DNA from: Thermomicrobiales bacterium
GTDB lineage: Bacteria; Chloroflexota; Chloroflexia; Thermomicrobiales; UBA6265
Length of the DNA stretch: 54,795 bases
Reading direction: 5' to 3'
Assembly (NCBI GenBank): GCA_025928015.1
Contig: JAICKJ010000001.1
Coordinates: 1 to 54,795 of the forward strand
Shown: positions 19,959 through 29,444 of the stretch, piece after piece
How positions within the stretch are numbered: position 1 is the stretch's first letter
Layout: each line of letters starts with the position of its first letter
Made by a program: the position numbers and the translations under genes
The notes under the pieces: model-generated
Told to the model about the DNA's origin: nothing
The model's database searches: none
The model's input: the letters and a program-made list of their open reading frames with translations, nothing else

Positions 19959-22478
19959 ATGAGCTACGGCCGCATCTCCCGATCGAACCAGCGGTTCCCG
20001 GCGGCCCGTCGCCGCGCGGCGCGCTACGGCAACACCCGCTACGGGCAGAAATCGAAAGGGCTGCCGCCGAACCTGCTCGCCTCCGGCCGCGAACGGGCGA
20101 AGCCGAAGGGGCCGATCACCAAGGGCCGGGTGCTGCTCGTCGCCTCCGCGCTCGCCGCGTTCGCCTTCGTCGCGTTCTTCATCTTTACGGTCATTACCGC
20201 CGCGCTTGGCGTGGCTGGCACGATCTCCGCCTACCAGGATGTCAACAAGAATCTCCCAAACGCGGCCCAGATCGCGGCCGACACGTTCCAGACGACGCGC
20301 ATCTACGACCGGAACGGCAATCTGCTGCAGCAGCTCGAAAACCCGGACTACGGCTGGCGCACCTTCGTGTCCTACGACCAAATCTCGCCGAACCTGATCA
20401 ACGCCACCGTCGCCGCCGAGGATTCCACCTTCTGGACGAATCCGGGCATCGAGCCGCTCTCGGTCCCCCGCGCCGCCATGATCTACGCGACCGGCGCCGG
20501 CACATCCGGCGGCTCAACGATCACCCAGCAGCTCGCGCGGTCGCTCTATCCGAACCAGATCGGTTTCGACATCAGCTTCACGCGCAAGGGCAAGGAGGCG
20601 CTCGCGGCCTATGCGCTGACGAAGAAATACTCCAAGCGCGACATCATCACGATGTACGTCAACCAGATCTTCTATGGCTCGCGCTCCTACGGCATCGAGG
20701 CGGCGTCGCAGACCTTCTTCAACAAGCACGCCAAGGATCTCGATCTGGCCGAGGCGGCAATGCTCGCCGGGCTGCCGCAGGCGCCCTCCGCCTACGACCC
20801 CTCCGTGCCGGACAATTTCCCGCTCGCCAAGCGCCGCCAGCGCTACGTGCTCGACCAGATGGTGAAGTACCGGTACATCACCCAGGAGCAGGCCGACGCG
20901 GCCTACAAGGAGCCGCTGCACCCGCGGGATAATCGCAACGGCGCGATCCAGGCGGCGCCGCACTTCACCGAGTACGTCAAGAAGTACCTCATCGAGCATT
21001 ACGGCGAGAAGGCGCTCTACAGCGGTCTGCAGGTCACGACGAGCATCGATCTCGATCTCCAGGCGTCGGCCGAGCAGATCGTGGCGAACGGCGTCCGCGA
21101 CGTGGCCGTTTACGATCGCAACAACGGCGCGATGGTCATCATGGTGCCCTGGAGCGGCGAGATCCTCGCCATGGTCGGCTCGGCGGACTTCAACAACCAG
21201 CTCATCAGCGGCCAGGTCAACTACGCCGACGCCGATCTCCAGCCCGGCTCGTCGATCAAGCCGATCGTCTATTCGGCCGCCTTCGAGAAGGGGTGGAACC
21301 CGGCGACGATGATCATGGACGTGCCGACGACCTGGCAGACGCCCGGCGCGCCCGACCCAACCTACACGCCGCAGAATTACACGTTGCTGAACTACGGCGC
21401 CGTCCCGGTGCGCACCGCTCTCGCCAGCTCGCTCAACATCCCGGCCGTGAAGGCGACCGATTACGTCGGCGTCCAGGGGGTGCTCGACATGGCGCACAAG
21501 ATGGGCATGAAGGAGGGCCTGAACCGCAGCGCGGACTACTACGGCCTCTCGATCGGCCTCGGCGCGGGCGAGGTGCGTCTGGTCGAGCACACCAACGCCT
21601 ACGCGACGCTCGCCAACAGCGGCAAGCACGTCGATATCCACCCGATCATCAAGATCACCGACAGCTCGGGCCATGTCCTCTACGATCTGAACAAGGACCA
21701 GCTCGCCAAGGACTCCCAACAGGTCATCGAGCCCGCTCACGCCTACCAGATCACGTCGATCCTGACCGACAACAAGGCGCGCTCGATGGTCTTCACCGAG
21801 AACAACCTCTTCGGTGATACCCAGGACGCGCTCGGGCGACCGACCGCGGCCAAGTCCGGCACGACCGAGAACTGGAAAGACCTCTGGACGATGGGCTACA
21901 CGACCGATGTCGTCGTCGGCGTCTGGGTGGGCAAGAGCGGCGGTGACAACAACAATCTGCCGCAGATCGACGGCATCGAGGCCGCCGGACCGATCTGGCG
22001 GGACACCATGGAGGAAGTCCATTCCAACCCGGCCTTCGCGAAGCTTTTGGTCGGGCCGGACGGGCGGCCGATCGCCGACGACTTCCCGGTCCCCTCGAAC
22101 ATCTACAAGGGCGCGGTCTGCGCCGCGACTGGCCACCGGCCGGGCAGTGGCGCGACACGGACGGAAGTGCTTGTGCGGGGCGAGGGGCCGACGGAAGCCT
22201 GTGACCAGCTCAATGACTACGAGCAGACGCAGCTGAACCAGGCGTTGACCGCGGTGCGGAGCGGCGGCGCCCGCTGGACGAATGGCGCGGTCGACAGCAT
22301 CTATCGCTACGCCGGCGCCGCCAACTATTCGGGCGTCCCGAACGTGGGCTCCAGCGGCAGCGACAACAACAGCGACACGCAGGTGATCGTGCCGACCAAC
22401 AACGGATCGAACAACGCCGACACGCCGAATAACTCGACCGATGGCGGCAACGTCATTCAGGTCAACGACAATAACTGA
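19959..22478 (+). CDS. Class A penicillin-binding protein (transglycosylase/transpeptidase)
   Basis: TM anchor; EDSTF, GGSTITQQL and RKGKE GT motifs; SSIK, SLN and KSG TP motifs; N/S/D-rich tail. Confidence 0.95.
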   Translation: MSYGRISRSNQRFPAARRRAARYGNTRYGQKSKGLPPNLLASGRERAKPKGPITKGRVLLVASALAAFAFVAFFIFTVITAALGVAGTISAYQDVNKNLPNAAQIAADTFQTTRIYDRNGNLLQQLENPDYGWRTFVSYDQISPNLINATVAAEDSTFWTNPGIEPLSVPRAAMIYATGAGTSGGSTITQQLARSLYPNQIGFDISFTRKGKEALAAYALTKKYSKRDIITMYVNQIFYGSRSYGIEAASQTFFNKHAKDLDLAEAAMLAGLPQAPSAYDPSVPDNFPLAKRRQRYVLDQMVKYRYITQEQADAAYKEPLHPRDNRNGAIQAAPHFTEYVKKYLIEHYGEKALYSGLQVTTSIDLDLQASAEQIVANGVRDVAVYDRNNGAMVIMVPWSGEILAMVGSADFNNQLISGQVNYADADLQPGSSIKPIVYSAAFEKGWNPATMIMDVPTTWQTPGAPDPTYTPQNYTLLNYGAVPVRTALASSLNIPAVKATDYVGVQGVLDMAHKMGMKEGLNRSADYYGLSIGLGAGEVRLVEHTNAYATLANSGKHVDIHPIIKITDSSGHVLYDLNKDQLAKDSQQVIEPAHAYQITSILTDNKARSMVFTENNLFGDTQDALGRPTAAKSGTTENWKDLWTMGYTTDVVVGVWVGKSGGDNNNLPQIDGIEAAGPIWRDTMEEVHSNPAFAKLLVGPDGRPIADDFPVPSNIYKGAVCAATGHRPGSGATRTEVLVRGEGPTEACDQLNDYEQTQLNQALTAVRSGGARWTNGAVDSIYRYAGAANYSGVPNVGSSGSDNNSDTQVIVPTNNGSNNADTPNNSTDGGNVIQVNDNN

Positions 22479-22559
22479 CGCGCGACGAAGCGATCGCCCC
22501 CTCTCCCGAGCAGCAGGAAAGGAGGCGATGCGTTCTTGTCGCTTGCGGCGTCCTGGCGG

Positions 22560-23153
22560 CTACTCCGCTGTCTCCACCTCGGCAGCCGGCTTCGACCGTG
22601 GACGGCCGCGCCGCCGCTTGGGCGCCTCGGCGTTGCCGCCCGTCTCATCGTTCGTCCGCTGCCGGCGGCGCTGCCGCGTCAGCCGCGTGCGCTGGCTGAC
22701 GGTGCCCGGCGGGGGCACGACCGGCGACGAGCCGATCACGGTCGAGAGGACGAGGGTCGTCGAGCACGAGGCACCGAGTGTGCCCAGGTCGTCGATCAGC
22801 TTCTCCAGCTCTTCCGCCGAGGCGATGTTCGCCTTCACGAGGAAGGTCGCATCGCCGGTCACGCGGTAGCACTCCTGGACCGCCGGCTCCGAGCGCAGGC
22901 GGTTGAGGAAGCCGTCATAGTGCCGCTGGTCCAGCTTGGCCGAGATCATGGCGGTCAGCGGCCGGCCGACCGCCGCCGGATTGACCTGGGCCCGGTAGCC
23001 GGTCAGCACGCCGCGCTCCTCCAGCCGCCGCACGCGCTCGATCATCGCGGGGCTGGAGAGCCCGACCCGCTCGGCCAGCGCCTTCATGGTGAGCCGGCCA
23101 TTTGCCTGGAGCTCCGCCAGAATGCGCTCGTCCAGTGTATCGATCGTGGCCAC
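22560..23153 (-). CDS. Lrp/AsnC family regulator with basic C-terminal extension
   Basis: LDERILAELQANGR...LAERVGLS...RVRRLEERGV; CYRVTGD; GGAGG before GTG 23153. Confidence 0.9.
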   Translation of the reverse strand: MATIDTLDERILAELQANGRLTMKALAERVGLSSPAMIERVRRLEERGVLTGYRAQVNPAAVGRPLTAMISAKLDQRHYDGFLNRLRSEPAVQECYRVTGDATFLVKANIASAEELEKLIDDLGTLGASCSTTLVLSTVIGSSPVVPPPGTVSQRTRLTRQRRRQRTNDETGGNAEAPKRRRGRPRSKPAAEVETAE

Positions 23154-23332
23154 TTTGCCTCCCGTCACGTATTTCGCGGTTGACCCGTTCATTTACCGGC
23201 TCAAAGGTTTGGTGGCCTCGTCAACATCAGCGCCTTCGATGCCGGACCCAACGAAATAGTACTGTGCCTGGGTTACCAGAGCAAGGAATAAGCAGGCACT
23301 GTTCCGAGGATTCACCTATGAACGTTTCGTTT

Positions 23333-24058
23333 TCAGCGCGTGGTTCGCGCGCGTTCGCGCGCGGTGGCGTGGGCTGCGGTCTCGAAGGTGTCATCCAGCG
23401 GCGACAGCGTGAAGGATGGGTCGCGGCGGCGCAAACCGGTTTCCAACAGCCAGTCGGCCAGTGTCGGGTTCTTCGGGAGCAGCGCGCCGTGCATGTAGCA
23501 GCCGACCGCCGTGCCGGCGATCGCGCCCTCGGTGCCGTCCTGGCCGTTGTTGCCGCGCCCAACGAGGACCTTGCCCATCGGTTCGACGCCCGGCCCCAGG
23601 TGCGTCAATCCACTGTGGTTCTCGAAGCCGACCAGCTCACCCCAGCGCGACCCGATCAGCACATTGCCAATGAAGCGTTCCGGTCCGGCCTCGGTCACCA
23701 GGTCGAAGAGGCCGATGCCCGGCAGCGGCTCGGCGTCGTGCGGCCGGTATTCGTGCCCGAGCAACTGGTAGCCGCCGCAGATCGCCAGCAGCGCCGCGCC
23801 GTCCGCGACCGCCGCCTTCAGCCGCTCGCCTTTCTCACCCTGGAGATCGCGGGCGACGGCGACCTGCGACTGATCCTGGCCGCCGCCGAAGAAGAAGACG
23901 TCGATCTCGTCCGGCAATGGATCGCCGATGCCGATCTCGCGTACGTCGGCGTCGATCCCGCGCCAGCGGGCCCGCTGCGCGACCGTCTGCACATTCCCCC
24001 GGTCACCATAGATGTTCATCTTTCGGCCATAGAGCCAACCGATGGTCACGCGCATCAT
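23333..24058 (-). CDS. gatD: Lipid II isoglutaminyl synthase glutaminase subunit (CobQ-like)
   Basis: NIYGDRGN; GGGQD; ICGGYQ; FENHSG; YMHG. Confidence 0.9.
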   Translation of the reverse strand: MMRVTIGWLYGRKMNIYGDRGNVQTVAQRARWRGIDADVREIGIGDPLPDEIDVFFFGGGQDQSQVAVARDLQGEKGERLKAAVADGAALLAICGGYQLLGHEYRPHDAEPLPGIGLFDLVTEAGPERFIGNVLIGSRWGELVGFENHSGLTHLGPGVEPMGKVLVGRGNNGQDGTEGAIAGTAVGCYMHGALLPKNPTLADWLLETGLRRRDPSFTLSPLDDTFETAAHATARERARTTR

Positions 24059-24094
24059 TGCCCTCCTGAGTCAGCAGCGTCACCAAGCCCACAT

Positions 24095-24227
24095 TCGTCA
24101 TTCTGAGCTTGTCGCAGCATCCCCGCGCGAAGCGGTTGCCCGCAGGCAACACGCGTCCCCCGTGGCAGATGTCCGCTGCGGCGGACCGGCTTCGCTGAGG
24201 GATTCTTCCCGTTGGTCAGAATGACGA
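24095..24227. repeat. CGTC-type REP/MITE-like element, copy A
   Basis: Perfect 12-bp terminal inverted repeat TCGTCATTCTGA...TCAGAATGACGA; homologous to 44977-45126. Confidence 0.8.
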
Positions 24228-24248
24228 GGGACGCGTTGCTCCTCACCT

Positions 24249-25673
24249 CTACTGTTTCCAGAACGTCTCGACCGCGCCGAGGCCGGCGAGTACCTGCCGG
24301 AGATCGAGCATCGCCGTGTAGGTCGGCAGGATGTACGCAGTACTGCCTTCCGGCGCGGCGGCGACGAACTGGTCCAGCGCCTTGGCCAGATCGTCCGGCA
24401 GGGGCGTGATCCGCTCAGGCGGCACCCCGGCGTACTTCAGCCGGTTGCCCATGTCGGTGCCCCGGATACCGGTCGTGAAGAGCGGCCTGTCACCTGGGGC
24501 GAGCAGCTCGAAATCGACATCCCAGAGCCAGGAGACATCGCGCCCGTCGGCGTCGCGGTCATTGATCGCGATCAGCGTCGGCACCGTCAGCCCGCCGGAC
24601 GCCATCGTCAGCATCCGCAGGACTTCGTTGAACCCGACCGGGTTCTTGACCAGCGCCAGCGTCAGCGTGCGATTGCGATAGGTAACCCGCTCGATCCGGC
24701 CGAAGGCAGACCGGAAGGCGGCCAGCGCCGTCGCGATCGTCTCATCCGGCACGCCGGCGACGCGGGCGACCGTGACCGCGGCCAGCACATTGTAGGCGTT
24801 GTAGAGCCCCGGCACGCCGATCTCGATCCTGCCCTCGCCGCCGGGGCCATCGACCGTCATCGCCAGCGATTCGACGCCGCGCAAGTCGATCGCGCGTCCG
24901 GTCATGTCCAATTCCGGCCGTCGGCGGCCACAGGCGGCGCACCTCCAATCGCCAAGGTGGGAGACGTACAGCGCGCCGTAATCGAGGTCGGCGCCACACC
25001 AGCGGCAGGAGGTGGAATCGACCGCGTGGGGGAGGGTGTCGAGCCGCCAGGTCGGGTCATCGAGCCCGAAGCGGACGAGGCGGGCGCGCAGGCCGTCGGT
25101 GAGCGCGACCAACGACGGGTCGTCGGCATTGATAACGATCGTTGTCGATGCATCGAGCGTTTCGAGCGCGCCGCGCCAGCTCCGGACGATGGTGTCCAGC
25201 TCGCCATACCGGTCGAGCTGGTCGCGAAACAGGTTGTTGAGCAGGATGATTCGCGGCCGTGTCAGCCGCACCACGGCCGGAAACGCGGCCTCGTCGCTTT
25301 CGATCACCGCGATCCCGGCGCCGACGCGCCCGGTCAGGGAAGCGTGGCCGGCGAAGGCGGTGACGACGCCGCGCACGAGATTGGACCCGGAACGGTTGTG
25401 GATCACCGCGTGACCGGCTACCTCCAGGATGTCGGCGATCATGCGGGAGGTCGTTGTCTTGCCGTTCGTGCCGGCCACGACGATCGCGCCGTCGGTCAGG
25501 CCGGCGGTGAGCTTGGTGAGGATGGCCGGGTCGATCCGTTCGGCGACCAGCCCCGGCGCCGAGGTGCCGCCGCCGCGTCCCAGCCGGCGGATCGAGGTCG
25601 CGGTCAAGCGCGAGGCGGCGAGCGCCGCCGCGAGGCGTGGATCGATCCGCCGGGCTCCGCCCTTAGTCTCCAC
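24249..25673 (-). CDS. murT: Lipid II isoglutaminyl synthase Mur-ligase subunit (DUF1727)
   Basis: GTNGKTTT; FRDQLDRYGE; CxxC...CxxC; KNPVG; DGRDVSWLWD; PTYTAML. Confidence 0.92.
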   Translation of the reverse strand: METKGGARRIDPRLAAALAASRLTATSIRRLGRGGGTSAPGLVAERIDPAILTKLTAGLTDGAIVVAGTNGKTTTSRMIADILEVAGHAVIHNRSGSNLVRGVVTAFAGHASLTGRVGAGIAVIESDEAAFPAVVRLTRPRIILLNNLFRDQLDRYGELDTIVRSWRGALETLDASTTIVINADDPSLVALTDGLRARLVRFGLDDPTWRLDTLPHAVDSTSCRWCGADLDYGALYVSHLGDWRCAACGRRRPELDMTGRAIDLRGVESLAMTVDGPGGEGRIEIGVPGLYNAYNVLAAVTVARVAGVPDETIATALAAFRSAFGRIERVTYRNRTLTLALVKNPVGFNEVLRMLTMASGGLTVPTLIAINDRDADGRDVSWLWDVDFELLAPGDRPLFTTGIRGTDMGNRLKYAGVPPERITPLPDDLAKALDQFVAAAPEGSTAYILPTYTAMLDLRQVLAGLGAVETFWKQ

Positions 25674-26478
25674 TGGCGACCACCACCCAGACGACGCGCA
25701 GATTGTCGAAGTTGGCGTAGGGATAGACCGGCAAGACCAGCTCGTCCGTCTGCGGGTCGATCTGCGCCGTCGTGCCCACCGAGCCGATCGGGATATTGGG
25801 CGGCACCCCGCGCGTCTGCGGCCCTCCCTGATCGGAGGTCACCACCATCTCGCCCGCCTTCGGCTTGGCGTCACGGTTGACGTGCTTCATCACCAATCGT
25901 CCGCCCGATTGCCACTGGCCATACACGACGCCGTCCGCGCGCGTGTCGTTCAGCACCGCGCCGACGCTCTGGCTGTTGTCGATGATCAGCATCACCTGGG
26001 CACTGTGCTCGGTCACGGCGGTGATCTGCCCGATGTAGCTGTTCGGGTCGGTGACCGCCATGCCCTTCTGCAGTCCGTCGGCGGTGCCCTTGTCGATCGT
26101 GATCGAGAGCTGCTGTCCGCTCGGGTCGCTGCTGATGACCCGGGTGCTGATGAAGGTGTAGTTCGGGAACTTCTCCTGCACCTTCTGTTGCTTGCGCAAG
26201 GTTTCGAGCTCTTCCTTGTCCGAGGTCAGCTGGGCGTTCTCGGCCCGCAGCTTGTCGCGCTCGGCCGTGACCGTCTTGAGCTGCTGCTCGAGCTTCGAGT
26301 CGTTCGTCGAGGTATCCGCCATCTTGCTGAACGCCCGCCCGACCGGATCAACGACGGAGCTCAGGGCGCTGTGCAGCGGCGCCAGGGAATCGCGGTTGTC
26401 GAGCATCATCATGCCAGACGCGATCACCACGAAGAGGGCGATCAGGGTGACGGCGCGGCGCGCGGGCACGGTCTTCAT
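25663..26478 (-). CDS. mreC: Rod shape-determining protein MreC
   Basis: TM plus coiled coil; ITIDKGTADG...GMAV; VVTS...PPNIPIG; follows mreB. Confidence 0.9.
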   Translation of the reverse strand: MKTVPARRAVTLIALFVVIASGMMMLDNRDSLAPLHSALSSVVDPVGRAFSKMADTSTNDSKLEQQLKTVTAERDKLRAENAQLTSDKEELETLRKQQKVQEKFPNYTFISTRVISSDPSGQQLSITIDKGTADGLQKGMAVTDPNSYIGQITAVTEHSAQVMLIIDNSQSVGAVLNDTRADGVVYGQWQSGGRLVMKHVNRDAKPKAGEMVVTSDQGGPQTRGVPPNIPIGSVGTTAQIDPQTDELVLPVYPYANFDNLRVVWVVVASGD

Positions 26479-26596
26479 GCCGCTGCCGGCTCCTGTCCGG
26501 CGCGAGTGATCCTCGAAACAAGCTCAGGCACGATCACCATTCCACGAAGCGTGGCGCCCGGGGCGCGCACCTTCCTTGCGACAGGCGACAGGGCGA

Positions 26597-27652
26597 TTAG
26601 CCGCGGCGCAGTTCCTGGCCGCCGGCCAGCGCGCGCTGATAGAGATGGAGCGCCTCGGCCACGCGGCCCGTGCCCCGCGCGACGCAGGTCAGCGGGTCCT
26701 CCGCGCGGTGGACCGGCATGCGCAGCTCGCTCTGCAGCCGGCGGTCCAGCCCCATCAAGAGGGCGCCGCCGCCGGCGAGCGTGATGCCGTGCTCCATGAT
26801 GTCCGCCACCAGCTCCGGCGGCGTCTCCTCGATCGAGTTCTTGACCAGCTCGATGATCGTGTTCACCGGCTGGGAGATGGCGTCCCGGATTTCGACCGAG
26901 CTCACTTCGACCGACTTGGGCAGTCCGGTGAGCAGGTCGCGCCCGCGCAAGGTGACGCGGACTTCCTCTTCCAATGGGTAGGCCGAGCCGGCCGCGATCT
27001 TCGCATTCTCGGCCGTGCGCTCGCCGACGACCAGGTTGTGGTCGCGCCGGGCGTACTGCACGATCGCGTCATCGATCTCGTCGCCGGCCACCCGGAGCGA
27101 GTGGTTGACGACGATGCCGCCGAGCGAGATGACGGCGATCTCCGTCGTGCCGCCGCCGATGTCGACGATCATGCTGCCGATCGGCTCGTTGATCGGCAAG
27201 CCCGCGCCGATCGCCGCCGCCATCGGCTCCTCGATGGTGTAGGCCTCGCGCGCGCCGGCGGAGAGCGCGGCGTCCTTCGCCGCCCGCTTCTCGACCTCGG
27301 TCACCCCGCTCGGGATGCCGATCACGACTCGCGGGTGCGGCGCCATGAGGCGTTGCAAATGCACTTTCTGGATGAAGTGGTGGAGCATCATCTCCACCGT
27401 GTCGAAGTCCGCGATCACGCCGTCCTTGAGCGGCCGGACAGCGACGATCGACTCGGGGGTCTTCCCGACCATCGCCTTGGCTTCCATGCCGACCCAGAGG
27501 GCGCGCTTCGTCTTGGTGTCGATCGCGACAACCGAGGGCTCGGAGATGACGATGCCCTTGCCGCGGACGTAGACGAGGGTGTTGGCTGTTCCAAGGTCGA
27601 TGCCGAGGTCCCGGCTGAAGAAGCCAAAGAGTGTCGAAAGCGGACGGAACAA
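26597..27652 (-). CDS. mreB: Rod shape-determining protein MreB
   Basis: GIDLGTANT; RPLKDGVIADF; EEPMAAAIG; DIGGGTT; TTG start at 27652 after GGAGG. Confidence 0.96.
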   Translation of the reverse strand: MFRPLSTLFGFFSRDLGIDLGTANTLVYVRGKGIVISEPSVVAIDTKTKRALWVGMEAKAMVGKTPESIVAVRPLKDGVIADFDTVEMMLHHFIQKVHLQRLMAPHPRVVIGIPSGVTEVEKRAAKDAALSAGAREAYTIEEPMAAAIGAGLPINEPIGSMIVDIGGGTTEIAVISLGGIVVNHSLRVAGDEIDDAIVQYARRDHNLVVGERTAENAKIAAGSAYPLEEEVRVTLRGRDLLTGLPKSVEVSSVEIRDAISQPVNTIIELVKNSIEETPPELVADIMEHGITLAGGGALLMGLDRRLQSELRMPVHRAEDPLTCVARGTGRVAEALHLYQRALAGGQELRRG

Positions 27653-27896
27653 GGACGGGACCTCCGCGGTATGTGCCCTGAGACGACTATGCAGACGGTG
27701 ACTGGAGCGCGGCCCAGCCGCCGCGCGGGTGCGGTGTGTGGGGAGCGACTTGACGACCCCGCGTCTCCGCGTCAATCTGCCGGGACGCGCCGTGGCGCCG
27801 GGCCGCACAGCAACTGCAGGATTCGCCGCGGGTCGCGATCTGCCACCCGGCTGACGCGCCGGAGTATAGCATGCCGGGTCTGGCCCCGGCGGGAGG

Positions 27897-28742
27897 ATGA
27901 CGATGCCCGAGACGGAGTCCAACGCGCCATCGGGCGCCGGCGCGGTAACCAGATGGGCGGCGCTGGAACAGCGCCTGGCGACCGCGCCGGAGGGCGCGCA
28001 GGTTGCGCTCAGCGTTCGCCTCGTCGGGACGGACGAGGGCTTCGCGGTGAACGGCGACCTGCCGTTCCCCTCCGCCAGCACGATCAAGGTCGCGATCCTC
28101 ATCGCCCTCGCCCGCGCCTTCGACCGCGCTCAGCTCCGGCCCGACGACGTCGTGACGCTGGCGCGATCGGACATGGTCGGCGGCAGTGGCGTGCTCAACT
28201 GGCTCAGCGACGGGTTGCGCTTGCCGTTGCGCGACCTGGCCTGGCTGATGATCGCCATCTCCGACAACACCGCCTCCAACATCCTGATCGACCAGGTCGG
28301 TCGCGAGGCGATCGCCGAAGTGCTCGCCGACACCGGGGCGTGCAATTCACAGCTCGGCCGCCATTTCATGGCGCCCAAGGGCGACCAGCCGGGCGCGAAG
28401 AACGAGATCACTGCCAACGATTTCCTCGCGCTGCTGCTCGCCATCGTCGAGGATCGCGCCGCCTCGCCGCGCCAGTGCGAGTGGATGCGCTCCCTCCTCG
28501 CCGACCAGCAGGTGCTCGACCGGCTCGCCCGCGCGCTGCCGGACGGCGTCAGCTTCGCCGGCAAATCGGGCTGGTACGATGATATCTGCCACGATGGCGG
28601 GCTGCTCACTGGCCCGAAGGGAACGGTCGGCATCGTCGTCCTGACCCGCGGCTTCGCCTCCATGCTCGACGCCAAAGCCTTCATCGGCGATCTCGGCCGC
28701 GCCGCCGCCGGATTGGTGAGCGGAACCCATTCGCGAGCGTGA
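27897..28742 (+). CDS. Class A beta-lactamase-like serine hydrolase, no signal peptide
   Basis: STIK, SDN and KSG motifs; HDGG. Confidence 0.85.
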   Translation: MTMPETESNAPSGAGAVTRWAALEQRLATAPEGAQVALSVRLVGTDEGFAVNGDLPFPSASTIKVAILIALARAFDRAQLRPDDVVTLARSDMVGGSGVLNWLSDGLRLPLRDLAWLMIAISDNTASNILIDQVGREAIAEVLADTGACNSQLGRHFMAPKGDQPGAKNEITANDFLALLLAIVEDRAASPRQCEWMRSLLADQQVLDRLARALPDGVSFAGKSGWYDDICHDGGLLTGPKGTVGIVVLTRGFASMLDAKAFIGDLGRAAAGLVSGTHSRA

Positions 28743-28860
28743 GGACAATCTCTCCGCCACTCGGCTCGACAGTTGGATGCGCAGGATCGAAGAAGCGCCG
28801 CTCGTGTCGCGGCTGCTACGCTGAATCCAGCTCGGTGGGTGACACACAGGAGGATTCATC

Positions 28861-29421
28861 GTGGCAAGCCTGATCTACTCGGTGATCGCATCGCTCGACG
28901 GGTACATCGCCGACGAACACGGCAACTTCGACTGGGCCGCGCCGGACGAGGAGGTGCATGCCTTCGTCAATGAGCTTGAGCGGCCAATTGGCACCTACCT
29001 CTACGGCCGCCGGATGTACGATGTGATGGCCGCCTGGGAAACGATGGACACCCTGCCCGACCAGTCGCCGATCGTCCTCGACTTCGCGCGGATCTGGCAA
29101 GCGGCCGACAAAGTGGTCTACTCCAGCACAATGGAGACGGTGTCCACCCCCAGGACACGGATCGAGCGCACCTTCGATCCAGACGCCGTGCGGCACCTGA
29201 AGGCGCGCGCGGATCGTGACATCTCCGTGGGCGGCTCCGGGCTCGCTGCCAGCGCGATTGCGGCCGGGTTGGTCGACGAATGCCAGATCTTCCTCGCGCC
29301 CGTCGCCGTGGGCGGCGGCACGCGGGCGCTGCCCGCTCATGTCTACTGGCCACTCGAATTGCTGGAGGAACGCCGCTTCGGCAGCGGGATGGTCTATCTG
29401 CGCTACCGCGCAAGGACGTAA
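28861..29421 (+). CDS. Dihydrofolate reductase family (RibD C-terminal) protein
   Basis: SLDGYIAD; YGRRMY; GLVDE...PVAVGGG. Confidence 0.9.
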   Translation: MASLIYSVIASLDGYIADEHGNFDWAAPDEEVHAFVNELERPIGTYLYGRRMYDVMAAWETMDTLPDQSPIVLDFARIWQAADKVVYSSTMETVSTPRTRIERTFDPDAVRHLKARADRDISVGGSGLAASAIAAGLVDECQIFLAPVAVGGGTRALPAHVYWPLELLEERRFGSGMVYLRYRART

Positions 29422-29444
29422 GCAGGCGGCACGCCGCGTGTCTC

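Noticed and set aside
26576..28582. Long antisense or overlapping ORFs (also 12207-13844, 15250-17001, 20514-22136, 29280-31325)
   Set aside because: Typical high-GC shadow frames of well-supported genes
27897..28742. Antibiotic-resistance beta-lactamase
   Set aside because: No signal peptide and no clear omega-loop ExxLN motif; only family-level similarity
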